From a virus, in IMG/VR virus record IMGVR_UViG_2811994932_000001, positions 1 to 42,135 of that record: DNA of 42,135 bases, one strand, 5' to 3'. Every line of letters starts with the position of its first letter. Position 1 is the first letter of the stretch. A program made the position numbers and the translations under genes. The notes below the pieces were generated by a model. That model did not search any database. It was given only the letters and a program-made list of their open reading frames with translations, and had not been told where the DNA came from. Below, one piece after another: positions 6,316 through 15,042 of this stretch.

Positions 6316-7523
6316 GCTGTCACCTCAGTAATTGTCACATCGTGCACCACCAACCCCCGGAGCCCGTTGAACCCGAGCCCTCCAGCGAAGGGGAGGCTCA
6401 TATCGAACCGGCTCACTGGTCCGCAGGCTGCCTGGTGCTCGACACTCTCGACGGTGCCGTGCTCTGCCCGCAGTGCCGTGTATCCATCGAACCGCCGGCC
6501 CCCGGAAAACATGAGGTCCCCCGTGAACCGGGGCATCGTCGGACCTAGCGTATCCGTCGCCGCTGCTGCCTGCTCGACCCCGACCGCCGTATCCCCGGGC
6601 ACCTGGAGGACCAGGCGCGGATCATGTACGGCGATCTCCCGGGACGCATCGAACAGCTCCCGGCCGTTGAACCGGGCAAGTCCCTCGAACCGGTGTTCGG
6701 GTGCGGTGACGATCCGGTGATCGGCAGCGAGGGACTCCTCGTGCTCGACCCGGAGCGCAGAGTATCCACCGTCAAAAGAGGTCGAGCCGTCGAAGGCGTA
6801 TGACCCATCATACAGATGAGATCGCACGGTCCCGAGCGTCAGGTGCGGATGGGCGACCTGCACCACAGAGATCGCACGGTCCCGAGCGGCCTTGAGTATC
6901 GGGAACCATTTCACCCGCACCCCCCCGGCAGCAGACTCTGCCGCGACCGCGACCAGGTCCGCTATCGACGCGAGGATGTCCTCAGCCCGATACGAGGTCC
7001 CGGCCCGGTCGAACGCAGCCTGAATATCCTCGTAGAGGGCATCCAGATCACAGCGGACGATGACCGCGGCCGGCTCCGGAGGTCCGAGGGGGCAGGGGTC
7101 GCCGGCGTCGAAGACCTGAACCTCTGCGTCGAAGCGAAGGCTCCCGTCGAAGTGGTAGTCCCATACCGCGACGTCGGTCCACCCCTCCTGGAGACCGATG
7201 AACGCCCGGCCCATGAATGCATCCAGGATCTCGTTGAACCGCTCGATCTCTCCGCTGGAGGGGATGGTCGCGACCCTCAGCCGCAGCCGGCGGCGATACT
7301 CGATATCGCTCATCCCACCCCGGGGTCGGTCAAGGTCGCGCCCGATCATATCGAGCGCCGCTCCTTCTGCATCGTCGAGTGAGCGCCAGGCACGGACCCG
7401 GTCGAGCGCCGCTCGCATCTCGTCCCGGTCAGCCGCGTCGAGCTGTAGGATCCGGTAGATTACGCTGTCAGGGGCCTTGGCATAGGCGTCCGGCAACCGG
7501 AGGATCTGATCTTCGACGGTCAT
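6312..7523 (-). CDS. Baseplate wedge/tail protein (gpI/DUF2612-like) with FDG repeats
   Basis: 403 aa; AEGAALDMIGRDLDRPR..SDIEYRRRL motif; follows baseplate J. Confidence 0.75.
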   Translation of the reverse strand: MTVEDQILRLPDAYAKAPDSVIYRILQLDAADRDEMRAALDRVRAWRSLDDAEGAALDMIGRDLDRPRGGMSDIEYRRRLRLRVATIPSSGEIERFNEILDAFMGRAFIGLQEGWTDVAVWDYHFDGSLRFDAEVQVFDAGDPCPLGPPEPAAVIVRCDLDALYEDIQAAFDRAGTSYRAEDILASIADLVAVAAESAAGGVRVKWFPILKAARDRAISVVQVAHPHLTLGTVRSHLYDGSYAFDGSTSFDGGYSALRVEHEESLAADHRIVTAPEHRFEGLARFNGRELFDASREIAVHDPRLVLQVPGDTAVGVEQAAAATDTLGPTMPRFTGDLMFSGGRRFDGYTALRAEHGTVESVEHQAACGPVSRFDMSLPFAGGLGFNGLRGLVVHDVTITEVTA

Positions 7524-8665
7524 GGCGACGTCACCGTTATGGTCCCGGGCACGGCCACCTCGGCCTTGGCAACCGCGATGTTCCCTGTCCCCCCGTTCAC
7601 CGTCAGCGTCGGGATATCGATGATCCCGGGGATGCTATGGATCCGGGAGATGAGCCGGGTATAGATCACGTCCTCGCCGAGAGCGAGCCCGGAGAGATAC
7701 CCTTCGATCGCCGCACCGACCTGATCGTCCCCGTCCGGCGGGAAGATGGCTATATCCACTGTCAGCGTGGCGCTGACGTTGACCGTCACGAGGTCCGGGC
7801 GGTTGAACCCGATCGTGTGCGTAACTCCGCGGCTATCGGTGAGCTCGTGCACCTCGTCCTCTCCCCAGCACTGGATCCCCGCCGGCTTCACCGTGTACAG
7901 CGTATCAACGATCCCGTCGGCGTCGCCACCCCACACTATCGGCGCGATGGCCTTCGGCGGGATCCCGGTTACCGGGTCTGTCTCCAGGGTGACATTCTGC
8001 CGGACCTCTGCATCGAGCACCCCCTCGATGTCGAGCAGCGCCGCCTCGATTGCCGCTGCGGATGCTCCGCCGGGTTTCGAGACGCTGCGGACGTACCGCT
8101 CCCTGAGCTGCGCGTCGGTCTCGGCGTCCCGGCCGCCCGAGGTCGGGTCAGGGTTGGTTACGGCAATGACGCCCGCGATCGGGGAAACAACGCGGGAGAT
8201 CGCTCCGGCGCCGACGTTCCCGTCAACCCCGGCGTCGACGGCCTCGATATCGGCCCGGGCAAGAGCCCCGGAGATTGTGGTAGCCGTCGTCGTCCTGTAC
8301 ACGATCCCCGTCGCGGTCTGCACCTCAATCCCCGGGTAGACCTGCGTCCCGTCAACCCCGGAGAACTGGATCGTCCCGGTGGCCCGGGTCGCCAGCTGAC
8401 GCATGATGCCGATATCCTGGCACTTCCGGTCGAGGCTGACCCCTTCTGCCGACGAGACGTACGCGGATAAGTAGACCTCTTCCATCTGCTGCCAGACGGC
8501 CGCCTCGTCCCAGGCGTTCAGCCGGACCAGCATGCCGAGCGGCGAGGAGTCCGAGAGGTTCGCGTCGTTGCCGAACAGTTCTCGTGCCCGGCGCTCCTTC
8601 TCCGGCAGGATGTCCGCGTAGCGTTTTGGAGCGAACCCCTTCTCCGTCAGTCCGAATTCCGTCAT
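7520..8665 (-). CDS. Baseplate J-like protein
   Basis: 381 aa; AEGVSLD..GI.R..AT.ATG and GGRDAETDAQLRER motifs. Confidence 0.92.
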   Translation of the reverse strand: MTEFGLTEKGFAPKRYADILPEKERRARELFGNDANLSDSSPLGMLVRLNAWDEAAVWQQMEEVYLSAYVSSAEGVSLDRKCQDIGIMRQLATRATGTIQFSGVDGTQVYPGIEVQTATGIVYRTTTATTISGALARADIEAVDAGVDGNVGAGAISRVVSPIAGVIAVTNPDPTSGGRDAETDAQLRERYVRSVSKPGGASAAAIEAALLDIEGVLDAEVRQNVTLETDPVTGIPPKAIAPIVWGGDADGIVDTLYTVKPAGIQCWGEDEVHELTDSRGVTHTIGFNRPDLVTVNVSATLTVDIAIFPPDGDDQVGAAIEGYLSGLALGEDVIYTRLISRIHSIPGIIDIPTLTVNGGTGNIAVAKAEVAVPGTITVTSP

Positions 8666-9024
8666 ACTGTTACCTCTACGGTCGCAGGTGTCTGGTCGAC
8701 CGTCGCCGTGAGCCGGATGGTCAGGGTCCGAGCATGGGCATCATGCTCCAGGTCAAGCGACTGGATGCGGATATCCCGCGAATCCTGCTTCACGGCGTCG
8801 TAGACCGCGGCCCGGATCCGATTCTCTGCTGCAGGCATCTTCTGCCCGAGGAGTTCCCCCTGGTCCAGCCCATGCCGGATGTTCAGGAACCACTCCCCCA
8901 TCCGCGTCGCGAGCAGGAGCCGGAGGTGCTGTGCTGCCTCATCCGTGCCGGACACCATCTGCAAACCCATCCGATCATTGATCACGAGATCGCGGGATTC
9001 CGGGTCAAGGTAGAGCGACTTCAT
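8662..9024 (-). CDS. Baseplate gp25/DUF2634-like protein
   Basis: 120 aa; GEWFLNIRHGLD motif; position before baseplate J. Confidence 0.8.
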   Translation of the reverse strand: MKSLYLDPESRDLVINDRMGLQMVSGTDEAAQHLRLLLATRMGEWFLNIRHGLDQGELLGQKMPAAENRIRAAVYDAVKQDSRDIRIQSLDLEHDAHARTLTIRLTATVDQTPATVEVTV

Positions 9025-9332
9025 CCGGCGTTCACATCCTCACTTCCTGTGATGGCGACCCCGGCGCCACCAGGATAGACCACTGCGTCCCCGACCCGGT
9101 GCACCCCGCGACCGTTCGCCGTGACCGTCCCGCTGCCGCCGACCGCTGCCCCGACCCCGCAGTGCGGGCAGGAGTGGACCACCAGGTCCCCAACCCGGAC
9201 CACCCCCCGGCCGTCGGCGCTGACATCACCAGACGCGCTGACGTAGACGCCGGCGACGATGTGCGGGCAGCACGGCAGCCCGTGACTGCAGACCCCTGCA
9301 TGGGCGTCGCCGAGCCTGACTACTCCTGGCAT
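9021..9332 (-). CDS. PAAR-type spike tip protein
   Basis: 103 aa; repeated VRxGD motifs with CSHG/CCPH/CPHCG metal ligands. Confidence 0.85.
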   Translation of the reverse strand: MPGVVRLGDAHAGVCSHGLPCCPHIVAGVYVSASGDVSADGRGVVRVGDLVVHSCPHCGVGAAVGGSGTVTANGRGVHRVGDAVVYPGGAGVAITGSEDVNAG

Positions 9333-9871
9333 TACGGATCCTCCGGCTCTTCCTCTGCTGAACCTGAGTTCAGATTGATTGACTGTGCGTCGATGTTCAC
9401 GATACCCTCCGAATAAACGGTGATGTTTCCTTCCGGGTCCATGACGATCTTGTTCACTCCATTCTCCGTGCTGATGAGGAGATCGGCACCGTGCTGCTCC
9501 GGAAGCGGACGGGGGCGAGGTGTGAACCCGCCGACCACGACTGCGTCTGTCAGGCTGTGCTTCCTGGCGCCGACCCGGTCCGCCTTCTCCCCGGTCGCGA
9601 AGACCCCGTCGATCCCGCGCTCGATGACGACCGCGACGACAATGTCCCCTGGCTGATACGGGGGCCGGATGACGAACCCCCCGGCCCGGAGACAGGAGAC
9701 GGATGCGTGGACGATCGGGGCATACTCGAACTCCGGGTCCTGGATCAGGGGCTGCAGGTCCGCCTGCATCAGCACCGGGTCATACGTCAGGATCTCAGCC
9801 AGGATCGCCGTGTGGAGCCGGGAGACGTCCCGGTTCCCGCGTTCCTCCATGAACTTCTGAAACTCGCTCAT
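9332..9871 (-). CDS. Baseplate central spike (gpV/Gp138-like)
   Basis: 179 aa; PYQPGDIV..ERGID..RKHSLTDAVVVGG motif. Confidence 0.85.
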   Translation of the reverse strand: MSEFQKFMEERGNRDVSRLHTAILAEILTYDPVLMQADLQPLIQDPEFEYAPIVHASVSCLRAGGFVIRPPYQPGDIVVAVVIERGIDGVFATGEKADRVGARKHSLTDAVVVGGFTPRPRPLPEQHGADLLISTENGVNKIVMDPEGNITVYSEGIVNIDAQSINLNSGSAEEEPEDP

Positions 9872-10677
9872 AAGCCCTCCGGCTCTGCGAGCTGCAGGAC
9901 GGTCTTGAACTCGTTCCCGTCACTGACGTGCGAACCCGATTCGACCGCGAACAGCCCGTGAACCTGCTTCGACTCGACCTGCACCAGCGTCCCGGCCCGG
10001 ATACGGTAGTTCAGGAGCGACTCGGCTTCCCAGAGCAAGGCACTGTTCTCGTCGTCGCTCTCGATCCGCTTTGGCGACCCGATCAGTCCGGTCTTCGGAG
10101 AGAGGAGGATCGCCTCGTCGTGCCAGCCGCCCGGCGGGAGGATGTGGATCGTCCCGTGCGTGACGTGGACCTCGGAGCCGCAATCCTCAGCAATCTCCCC
10201 GATGACGTTCTTGATCTTCCCGTCGACCGACCGGCCTTCCGGGTATACCGCATCTCGGACGAGCAGGATCTTCCCCAGCTCCAGTCCACTCATGCTGATG
10301 ATCCGCTCGAGGACCTCTGACGCAACCGTGCCGGGGACGTAGGATTCGCTGATCTCCGTCCCCTGGTAGGCATCGCTCGTGTCGTGGACCTCGACCTCGC
10401 AGATGCGATCGGCGCCCTCATCGAACACCCGTACATGCCGGATCTCGCCGGCCATGACGATCCCGATATCCCCCTGGTACCCGGCCCGGAGGACCATCTC
10501 CTCCCCGTGCTTGAAGACCTGCTCCGTCTCCGGCGCGAGGTTGTAGAGTTCGATGACCGCGAGGTCCGGATCGCCCCCCTTGGCGAAGTCTACCCGGAAC
10601 TGAATCTCATAATCCGGGTAGCGGAACTCTCGCCCGCAGCCGGAGACCACACTCTCACGGATCCAGAACTCGCTCAT
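9868..10677 (-). CDS. Baseplate hub protein
   Basis: 269 aa; IELYNLA, LRAGYQGDIGIV and LSPKTGLIGSP motifs. Confidence 0.8.
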   Translation of the reverse strand: MSEFWIRESVVSGCGREFRYPDYEIQFRVDFAKGGDPDLAVIELYNLAPETEQVFKHGEEMVLRAGYQGDIGIVMAGEIRHVRVFDEGADRICEVEVHDTSDAYQGTEISESYVPGTVASEVLERIISMSGLELGKILLVRDAVYPEGRSVDGKIKNVIGEIAEDCGSEVHVTHGTIHILPPGGWHDEAILLSPKTGLIGSPKRIESDDENSALLWEAESLLNYRIRAGTLVQVESKQVHGLFAVESGSHVSDGNEFKTVLQLAEPEGL

Positions 10678-11009
10678 ATGACTCCCTCCGCCGCTGCGTC
10701 CGCGGGCTCGACCACGTACAGGAACACGGTCTCGCCGAGTTCAGCCCACCCGACCCGCTGCGACCGGCCGGAGGGATCGAGCGGGACCAGGGCCACCCCG
10801 GGGAACCGCTCGTCGTAGAAGGCGCTGAAGAGCGGCGAGCCGTAGACCAGGGGCTCCCCGGCCACGAGGTCCTCGCCTCCCCGGGAGAGATCGACCGTGA
10901 ACCGGTCCGCCTGGAGGTTGTAGTGGAAGGTCAGGCCGTAGGAGACGCCTGCCAGCCGGATCGTGGTCTGGTAGGGAATTGCCTGCTTGTCGATCGGAAG
11001 AATCTGCAT
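10674..11009 (-). CDS. Baseplate small protein
   Basis: 111 aa; IPYQTTIRL..YNLQADRFTVDL..GEPLVYG; position in baseplate operon. Confidence 0.7.
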   Translation of the reverse strand: MQILPIDKQAIPYQTTIRLAGVSYGLTFHYNLQADRFTVDLSRGGEDLVAGEPLVYGSPLFSAFYDERFPGVALVPLDPSGRSQRVGWAELGETVFLYVVEPADAAAEGVI

Positions 11010-11587
11010 CAGAGCCCCTCCCAGATATCAGACCACTTCGGCCCGCGACCGAAGACGCTCTTGAGCGCGTCAACCGACCCGATCATCCCTGCCGGGAGCC
11101 CCATCGGCGCTGCCAGCGGTTGCTCCCGCCCCTTTGTGGTGACCGGTTGCACCTGCGCTGCGGTCTGCTGGTCTGCGACGATCTCCGGGAGAGCGGGGTC
11201 ACGTTTCACCCGGAGGATTGTTGCCGGGGAGACGATCCGCACTTCCTGGAGCGTCATCGCAAACCGGAACCCGTCCCCGACCTCGACATCCTCCGTCGGC
11301 CGGAACTCCCGGATCACGAAGTCCCGGTAGGTTCCGCGTCCGGAGTAGGTGACGAGGAGCCGGTTCTCCTGCCAGGACCGAACGGTAGCGAGCACCCCGG
11401 CGGCGCTCGAACCCGCGACAACGCCGTCGATCGCCAGCGTCACGGGGCGAAGGGCGGCATGATCCGAGATCTGGTTGCCGCCCTCGATCGGGTACTCGGT
11501 GATGTCGGCGACGTAGTCCGGCCGCTCCTCAGAGACGACCCCGAACTCCACCGTGCCCTGGCTCGAGGTGAGTTTCGCTCTGCTCAT
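11009..11587 (-). CDS. Tube initiator/Dit-like baseplate protein
   Basis: 192 aa; ITEYPIEGGNQISDHA motif directly after tape measure. Confidence 0.75.
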   Translation of the reverse strand: MSRAKLTSSQGTVEFGVVSEERPDYVADITEYPIEGGNQISDHAALRPVTLAIDGVVAGSSAAGVLATVRSWQENRLLVTYSGRGTYRDFVIREFRPTEDVEVGDGFRFAMTLQEVRIVSPATILRVKRDPALPEIVADQQTAAQVQPVTTKGREQPLAAPMGLPAGMIGSVDALKSVFGRGPKWSDIWEGL

Positions 11588-14187
11588 AGGGCGGCCCTCC
11601 TCCGCTGCCGGGCGAAGTAGAGTTCTGCGTGACGATCGAACGTCTGCCGGAGGCGGCGGTCGACCGTGGTTGCGATCTCGTTTGCGTCGCTGGTTCCAGC
11701 GGTGACATGGATCGTAGGGGAGTAGACCAGATCCCCGGACCGCTCCCCTGCCATGTACTGGGCGTCTCGCTCAGGGGTGTAGATGAGGGGGTCAGGGAGA
11801 GTGTCAGTCTCCGGCCCCCTGGAGGCCCTTGTATCGTCGATCTCCCGGCCTCCGAACTCAGCTCGGCCCGTAAGGTCGTTGACGTCAGGAAGGCCCACTA
11901 AAACCCCCTGGTACTCGATCACCCCGGCAAGTGTATCGATCGCCGGCTCGGCAATCGTTGGAGTGTAGCGTACCTCTCCCGCACGATCGAGGTTACCCGG
12001 TCCGGGGAGCGTGGCCCCATACTCTATAGTCCCGGCAAGTGCCGGCACCTCGGGGGCGAGGACCTCCGAAAGGTAGGTCACTGCACCGGTCAGCAAGGGG
12101 ATGGCCGGATCCAGCACCGTCGCTACGTAGGTGATCGCCCCGGTCAGGGCGGCGATCGTCGGTTCTGACACCTCGGTTTCGTAGATGAGATCTCCCGTGA
12201 GTGCCGGCACGTCCGGTCCGGCGAGGGCCGACGAGTACTGCACGCTCCCTGTCAGAGGCTTGATGGCCGGCTCAGTCCAGGCCGTCGCATACTCCCCGTC
12301 AAGGGTGATGGCGGCCGGCATCTCGGGCAGAGGGAGGCTCTCGGGCATGCTCCGTGCAACTCCGAGCGCGAATCCTTCGCCGACATGGTGCCCCATCTCC
12401 TGCATGAGTTTCGACGGGCTGGATATCCCGAAGAACCCGGTGACGGCGTTGAGGATATCCTCCCCGATGCCCATGACCGCGTCGATCGCCTGCTGCCGGA
12501 TACCGAGGATCCCGTTGACGAGGCCGAGCAGGATGTTCTTCCCGGTCTCGACCAGGTCAATGCCCTCGAGATAGCCGGTGATCTCGTCCCACTGCCGGAT
12601 GACGATGCCGAGCGGATGGTACTGCCAGAACAAGTCGATTAGGCCGGAGAGCCCGGCGTCAACCGTCTCTGTGAGCCGGTCCCATCCGGCGCCGATCGCG
12701 CCGACGACGGTATCCCAGTTGTCCCGGAGCAGGTTCATCCCGGCGATCGGGGCCGTGACCGGGAAGAGGAACGCAAGGATACCCATGTGGTCTACGAGCC
12801 ACTCGGCGCCGGCAACCAGTCTTCCAACTGTCGCATCCCAGGCTCCGCCGATCCAGTCGATCGCGCCGGTGGCGACGCTGCCGACCTCCTCCCATCGGTC
12901 CATGAACCATCCGGAGACCTCGTCCCAATTCGATGCCAGGAGGTAGAGCGCCACCCCCAGGCCGACGATTCCCAGAACTATCCAGGTGATCGGGTTGGCG
13001 AGGAGGGCCGTTGTGAAGGCCCACGCGGAAGCGGTCGCAGATGCGAGGGACGGCACCAGGGATGTGGTGGATACCGTGCTGTAGAGGTAAGCGGCACTGG
13101 CAGCGGTGAGCATCGCGGTCGAGGTCCCGGTCAGGGCCACGGACCCCACTTCCAGGAGCGGGTTGAGATCCCGACCTAACCCGTGGGCGAGCTTCCCGAC
13201 TTCGGTCTGCACCCACTGAAGCGGGGTTCTGGTCTCAGTGTATGCCTCCCCCATGACGCCGATGTAGTCCGCCCCTCCTTTGATCTCCTCCGTGAGCCGG
13301 GCGACCTGTTCTTCGGTGATGCCAAGTTCACGGTACAGGGCGACCGTATCGCCTTTCGCCTCGTTCATCGCGGATTCAAGACGTTCAGTTGCTTTGTCGG
13401 CTTTCAGACCCCGCTCTTCGAGGGCTGCGAGCATGATGGCGGTGTCTTCAATAGTGAGCTCGTACGCATCCATCTTCTTCGCCATCTGCCCCACCAGATC
13501 GAGGTACTGTTTTACCCCGACGGCGGTGTGGGTCATGACAAACCCGAGCGCATCGTAGGTCTCGCCGAGGTCCCCTGCTTCGATATTCACCGAACGGAGA
13601 GACACCGCCGCCCGGGCGAGCTCAGTGGCGTTCTCTCCAGATGCGGTCCCTACGGCATCCCAGAACCGGGCATACTCCGCGAGTTCGCCCCGGGTCCTGA
13701 GGCCCTGTCGAGCCCCGACCTCCATAACGCCGTACGCGTCCTCGAGACTGAAGGAGAGGTTGTTCAACTCGGCAGCGAGGCCGATCACCTCCCGCCGATC
13801 CAGGTCGGTGATGTACGCGATCTTGTCGGCGGCAAAGTACAGGTCCTGCTGCGACCGGAGGTAGGCTTCCGTCGCGAGCGCTGCTGCGCCGACCGCCGCA
13901 CCGAGTTTCCCCCAGCTCTCGGCTGCCTCCTTCGTAGCCTTCTTGGTGATATCCGCGTGCTCCTCGACCTGCTTGTCGAGCTCGTCGATATCGTCCTCGA
14001 CGCCCTCGATCTCTTTTCCGGCAACACGTCCGTACTCGGTCGTTGCTCGGCCGAGATCGTCGAACCCACTCTGCGTGTCAATGAGCCCGGATTCGATACC
14101 GTTGATCTGGGTGTCGATACCCCGGAGTTTGTTTGAGACGTCATCGGAGAGACCGAGCTCAATCATCAGAGAGCGTAGCACGCCCAT
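11584..14187 (-). CDS. Tape measure protein
   Basis: 867 aa; helical, central hydrophobic segment, FFGISSPSKLM motif; follows chaperones. Confidence 0.9.
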   Translation of the reverse strand: MGVLRSLMIELGLSDDVSNKLRGIDTQINGIESGLIDTQSGFDDLGRATTEYGRVAGKEIEGVEDDIDELDKQVEEHADITKKATKEAAESWGKLGAAVGAAALATEAYLRSQQDLYFAADKIAYITDLDRREVIGLAAELNNLSFSLEDAYGVMEVGARQGLRTRGELAEYARFWDAVGTASGENATELARAAVSLRSVNIEAGDLGETYDALGFVMTHTAVGVKQYLDLVGQMAKKMDAYELTIEDTAIMLAALEERGLKADKATERLESAMNEAKGDTVALYRELGITEEQVARLTEEIKGGADYIGVMGEAYTETRTPLQWVQTEVGKLAHGLGRDLNPLLEVGSVALTGTSTAMLTAASAAYLYSTVSTTSLVPSLASATASAWAFTTALLANPITWIVLGIVGLGVALYLLASNWDEVSGWFMDRWEEVGSVATGAIDWIGGAWDATVGRLVAGAEWLVDHMGILAFLFPVTAPIAGMNLLRDNWDTVVGAIGAGWDRLTETVDAGLSGLIDLFWQYHPLGIVIRQWDEITGYLEGIDLVETGKNILLGLVNGILGIRQQAIDAVMGIGEDILNAVTGFFGISSPSKLMQEMGHHVGEGFALGVARSMPESLPLPEMPAAITLDGEYATAWTEPAIKPLTGSVQYSSALAGPDVPALTGDLIYETEVSEPTIAALTGAITYVATVLDPAIPLLTGAVTYLSEVLAPEVPALAGTIEYGATLPGPGNLDRAGEVRYTPTIAEPAIDTLAGVIEYQGVLVGLPDVNDLTGRAEFGGREIDDTRASRGPETDTLPDPLIYTPERDAQYMAGERSGDLVYSPTIHVTAGTSDANEIATTVDRRLRQTFDRHAELYFARQRRRAAL

Positions 14188-14188
14188 A

Positions 14189-14401
14189 TCACCGCCGCCT
14201 CCGCGGCACGTTCTTGCTCATTTGCTCCTGCAGGAGATCCAGGGCGGCGTTTGCCTCCTCGATCTCATCGTCGCTCATCCGAGATGCGTCGGTATAGGTG
14301 ATCCCGGTGTCGGATAGGACTAGACGCCAGAACCACCAATTCTTCCGCGCTAACTGCCGGTATTCGCTTCTACTCTGCGAGACCTGCGCCGAGTTGAAAC
14401 T
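14189..14401 (-). CDS. Tail assembly chaperone C-terminal extension (frameshift product, no clear own start)
   Basis: Open +1 frame: ..RKNWWFWRLVLSDTGITYTDASRMSDDEIEEANAALDLLQEQMSKNVPRRRR; ends 1 nt before the TMP ATG. Confidence 0.65.
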   Translation of the reverse strand, partial: SFNSAQVSQSRSEYRQLARKNWWFWRLVLSDTGITYTDASRMSDDEIEEANAALDLLQEQMSKNVPRRRR

Positions 14402-14630
14402 CTATCGCAGCGTTCGCGACCTCCTGGCAAACATCCCAGTCCTCGAAATCGTCAAGCGAAACACGAGGGTTCACGACCAGGTGCTCGAAGATCTCCGCGA
14501 GGAATTTCTCCTCGATGATGTTCCCGAACCGGTTCTTGCACCGGTCCCGGAGCCGCGCCCATTCGCGGGGCGGGATCTTCTTCAGGGTGTACTCGACACC
14601 CCGAATCTCGACCTTCTTCTCTGCCATCAC
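14370..14630 (-). CDS. Tail assembly chaperone
   Basis: 86 aa between tube and tape measure. Confidence 0.75.
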   Translation of the reverse strand: MMAEKKVEIRGVEYTLKKIPPREWARLRDRCKNRFGNIIEEKFLAEIFEHLVVNPRVSLDDFEDWDVCQEVANAAIEFQLGAGLAE

Positions 14631-15031
14631 CGCACCTCGTAGTCGGCGATGCGGATAGTGAACTCAATGTCCGGCACGCTATCTCCCGCAGCGGTGGAGA
14701 GGTCCGGGAGTTTCTCTACCCAGGCTTCTGACCCGCCGGCAGTGAACTCACTGGTGTTCCGGTCCACGAGGTGCACCGGATCAACGTCGTCGCTGTTCGC
14801 CTTCTGCTTCAGGTATGCGAAGTCCGGGCTGGTCCGCTTGAGGGTCACAGTGATGTGGCCGAGCGGGTTCCGGTTCCGGGACCGCGACACCTCTCCCTGT
14901 GCGCCGACGTGCGTTTCCCACCGGTTCGCGTCCTTCCCGGCGGTGATCGGGGTCCCGTCGGCGAGACCGGTGATGGTCCGGCCGGCGAACACGAGCATAT
15001 AGTCTTCAGGGTCGTAGTTTCTGACAGTCAT
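14627..15031 (-). CDS. Tail tube protein (DUF3277-like)
   Basis: 134 aa; NYDPEDY..GRTITGLADGT..HVGAQGEVS pattern; follows sheath. Confidence 0.85.
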   Translation of the reverse strand: MTVRNYDPEDYMLVFAGRTITGLADGTPITAGKDANRWETHVGAQGEVSRSRNRNPLGHITVTLKRTSPDFAYLKQKANSDDVDPVHLVDRNTSEFTAGGSEAWVEKLPDLSTAAGDSVPDIEFTIRIADYEVR

Positions 15032-15042
15032 CTCTTCTCACC

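Noticed and set aside
14370-14372. Amber (pyrrolysine) readthrough of the chaperone TAG
   Set aside because: The in-frame continuation gives a non-conserved-looking peptide ending at TGA before the TMP; the family-like sequence is in the +1 frame
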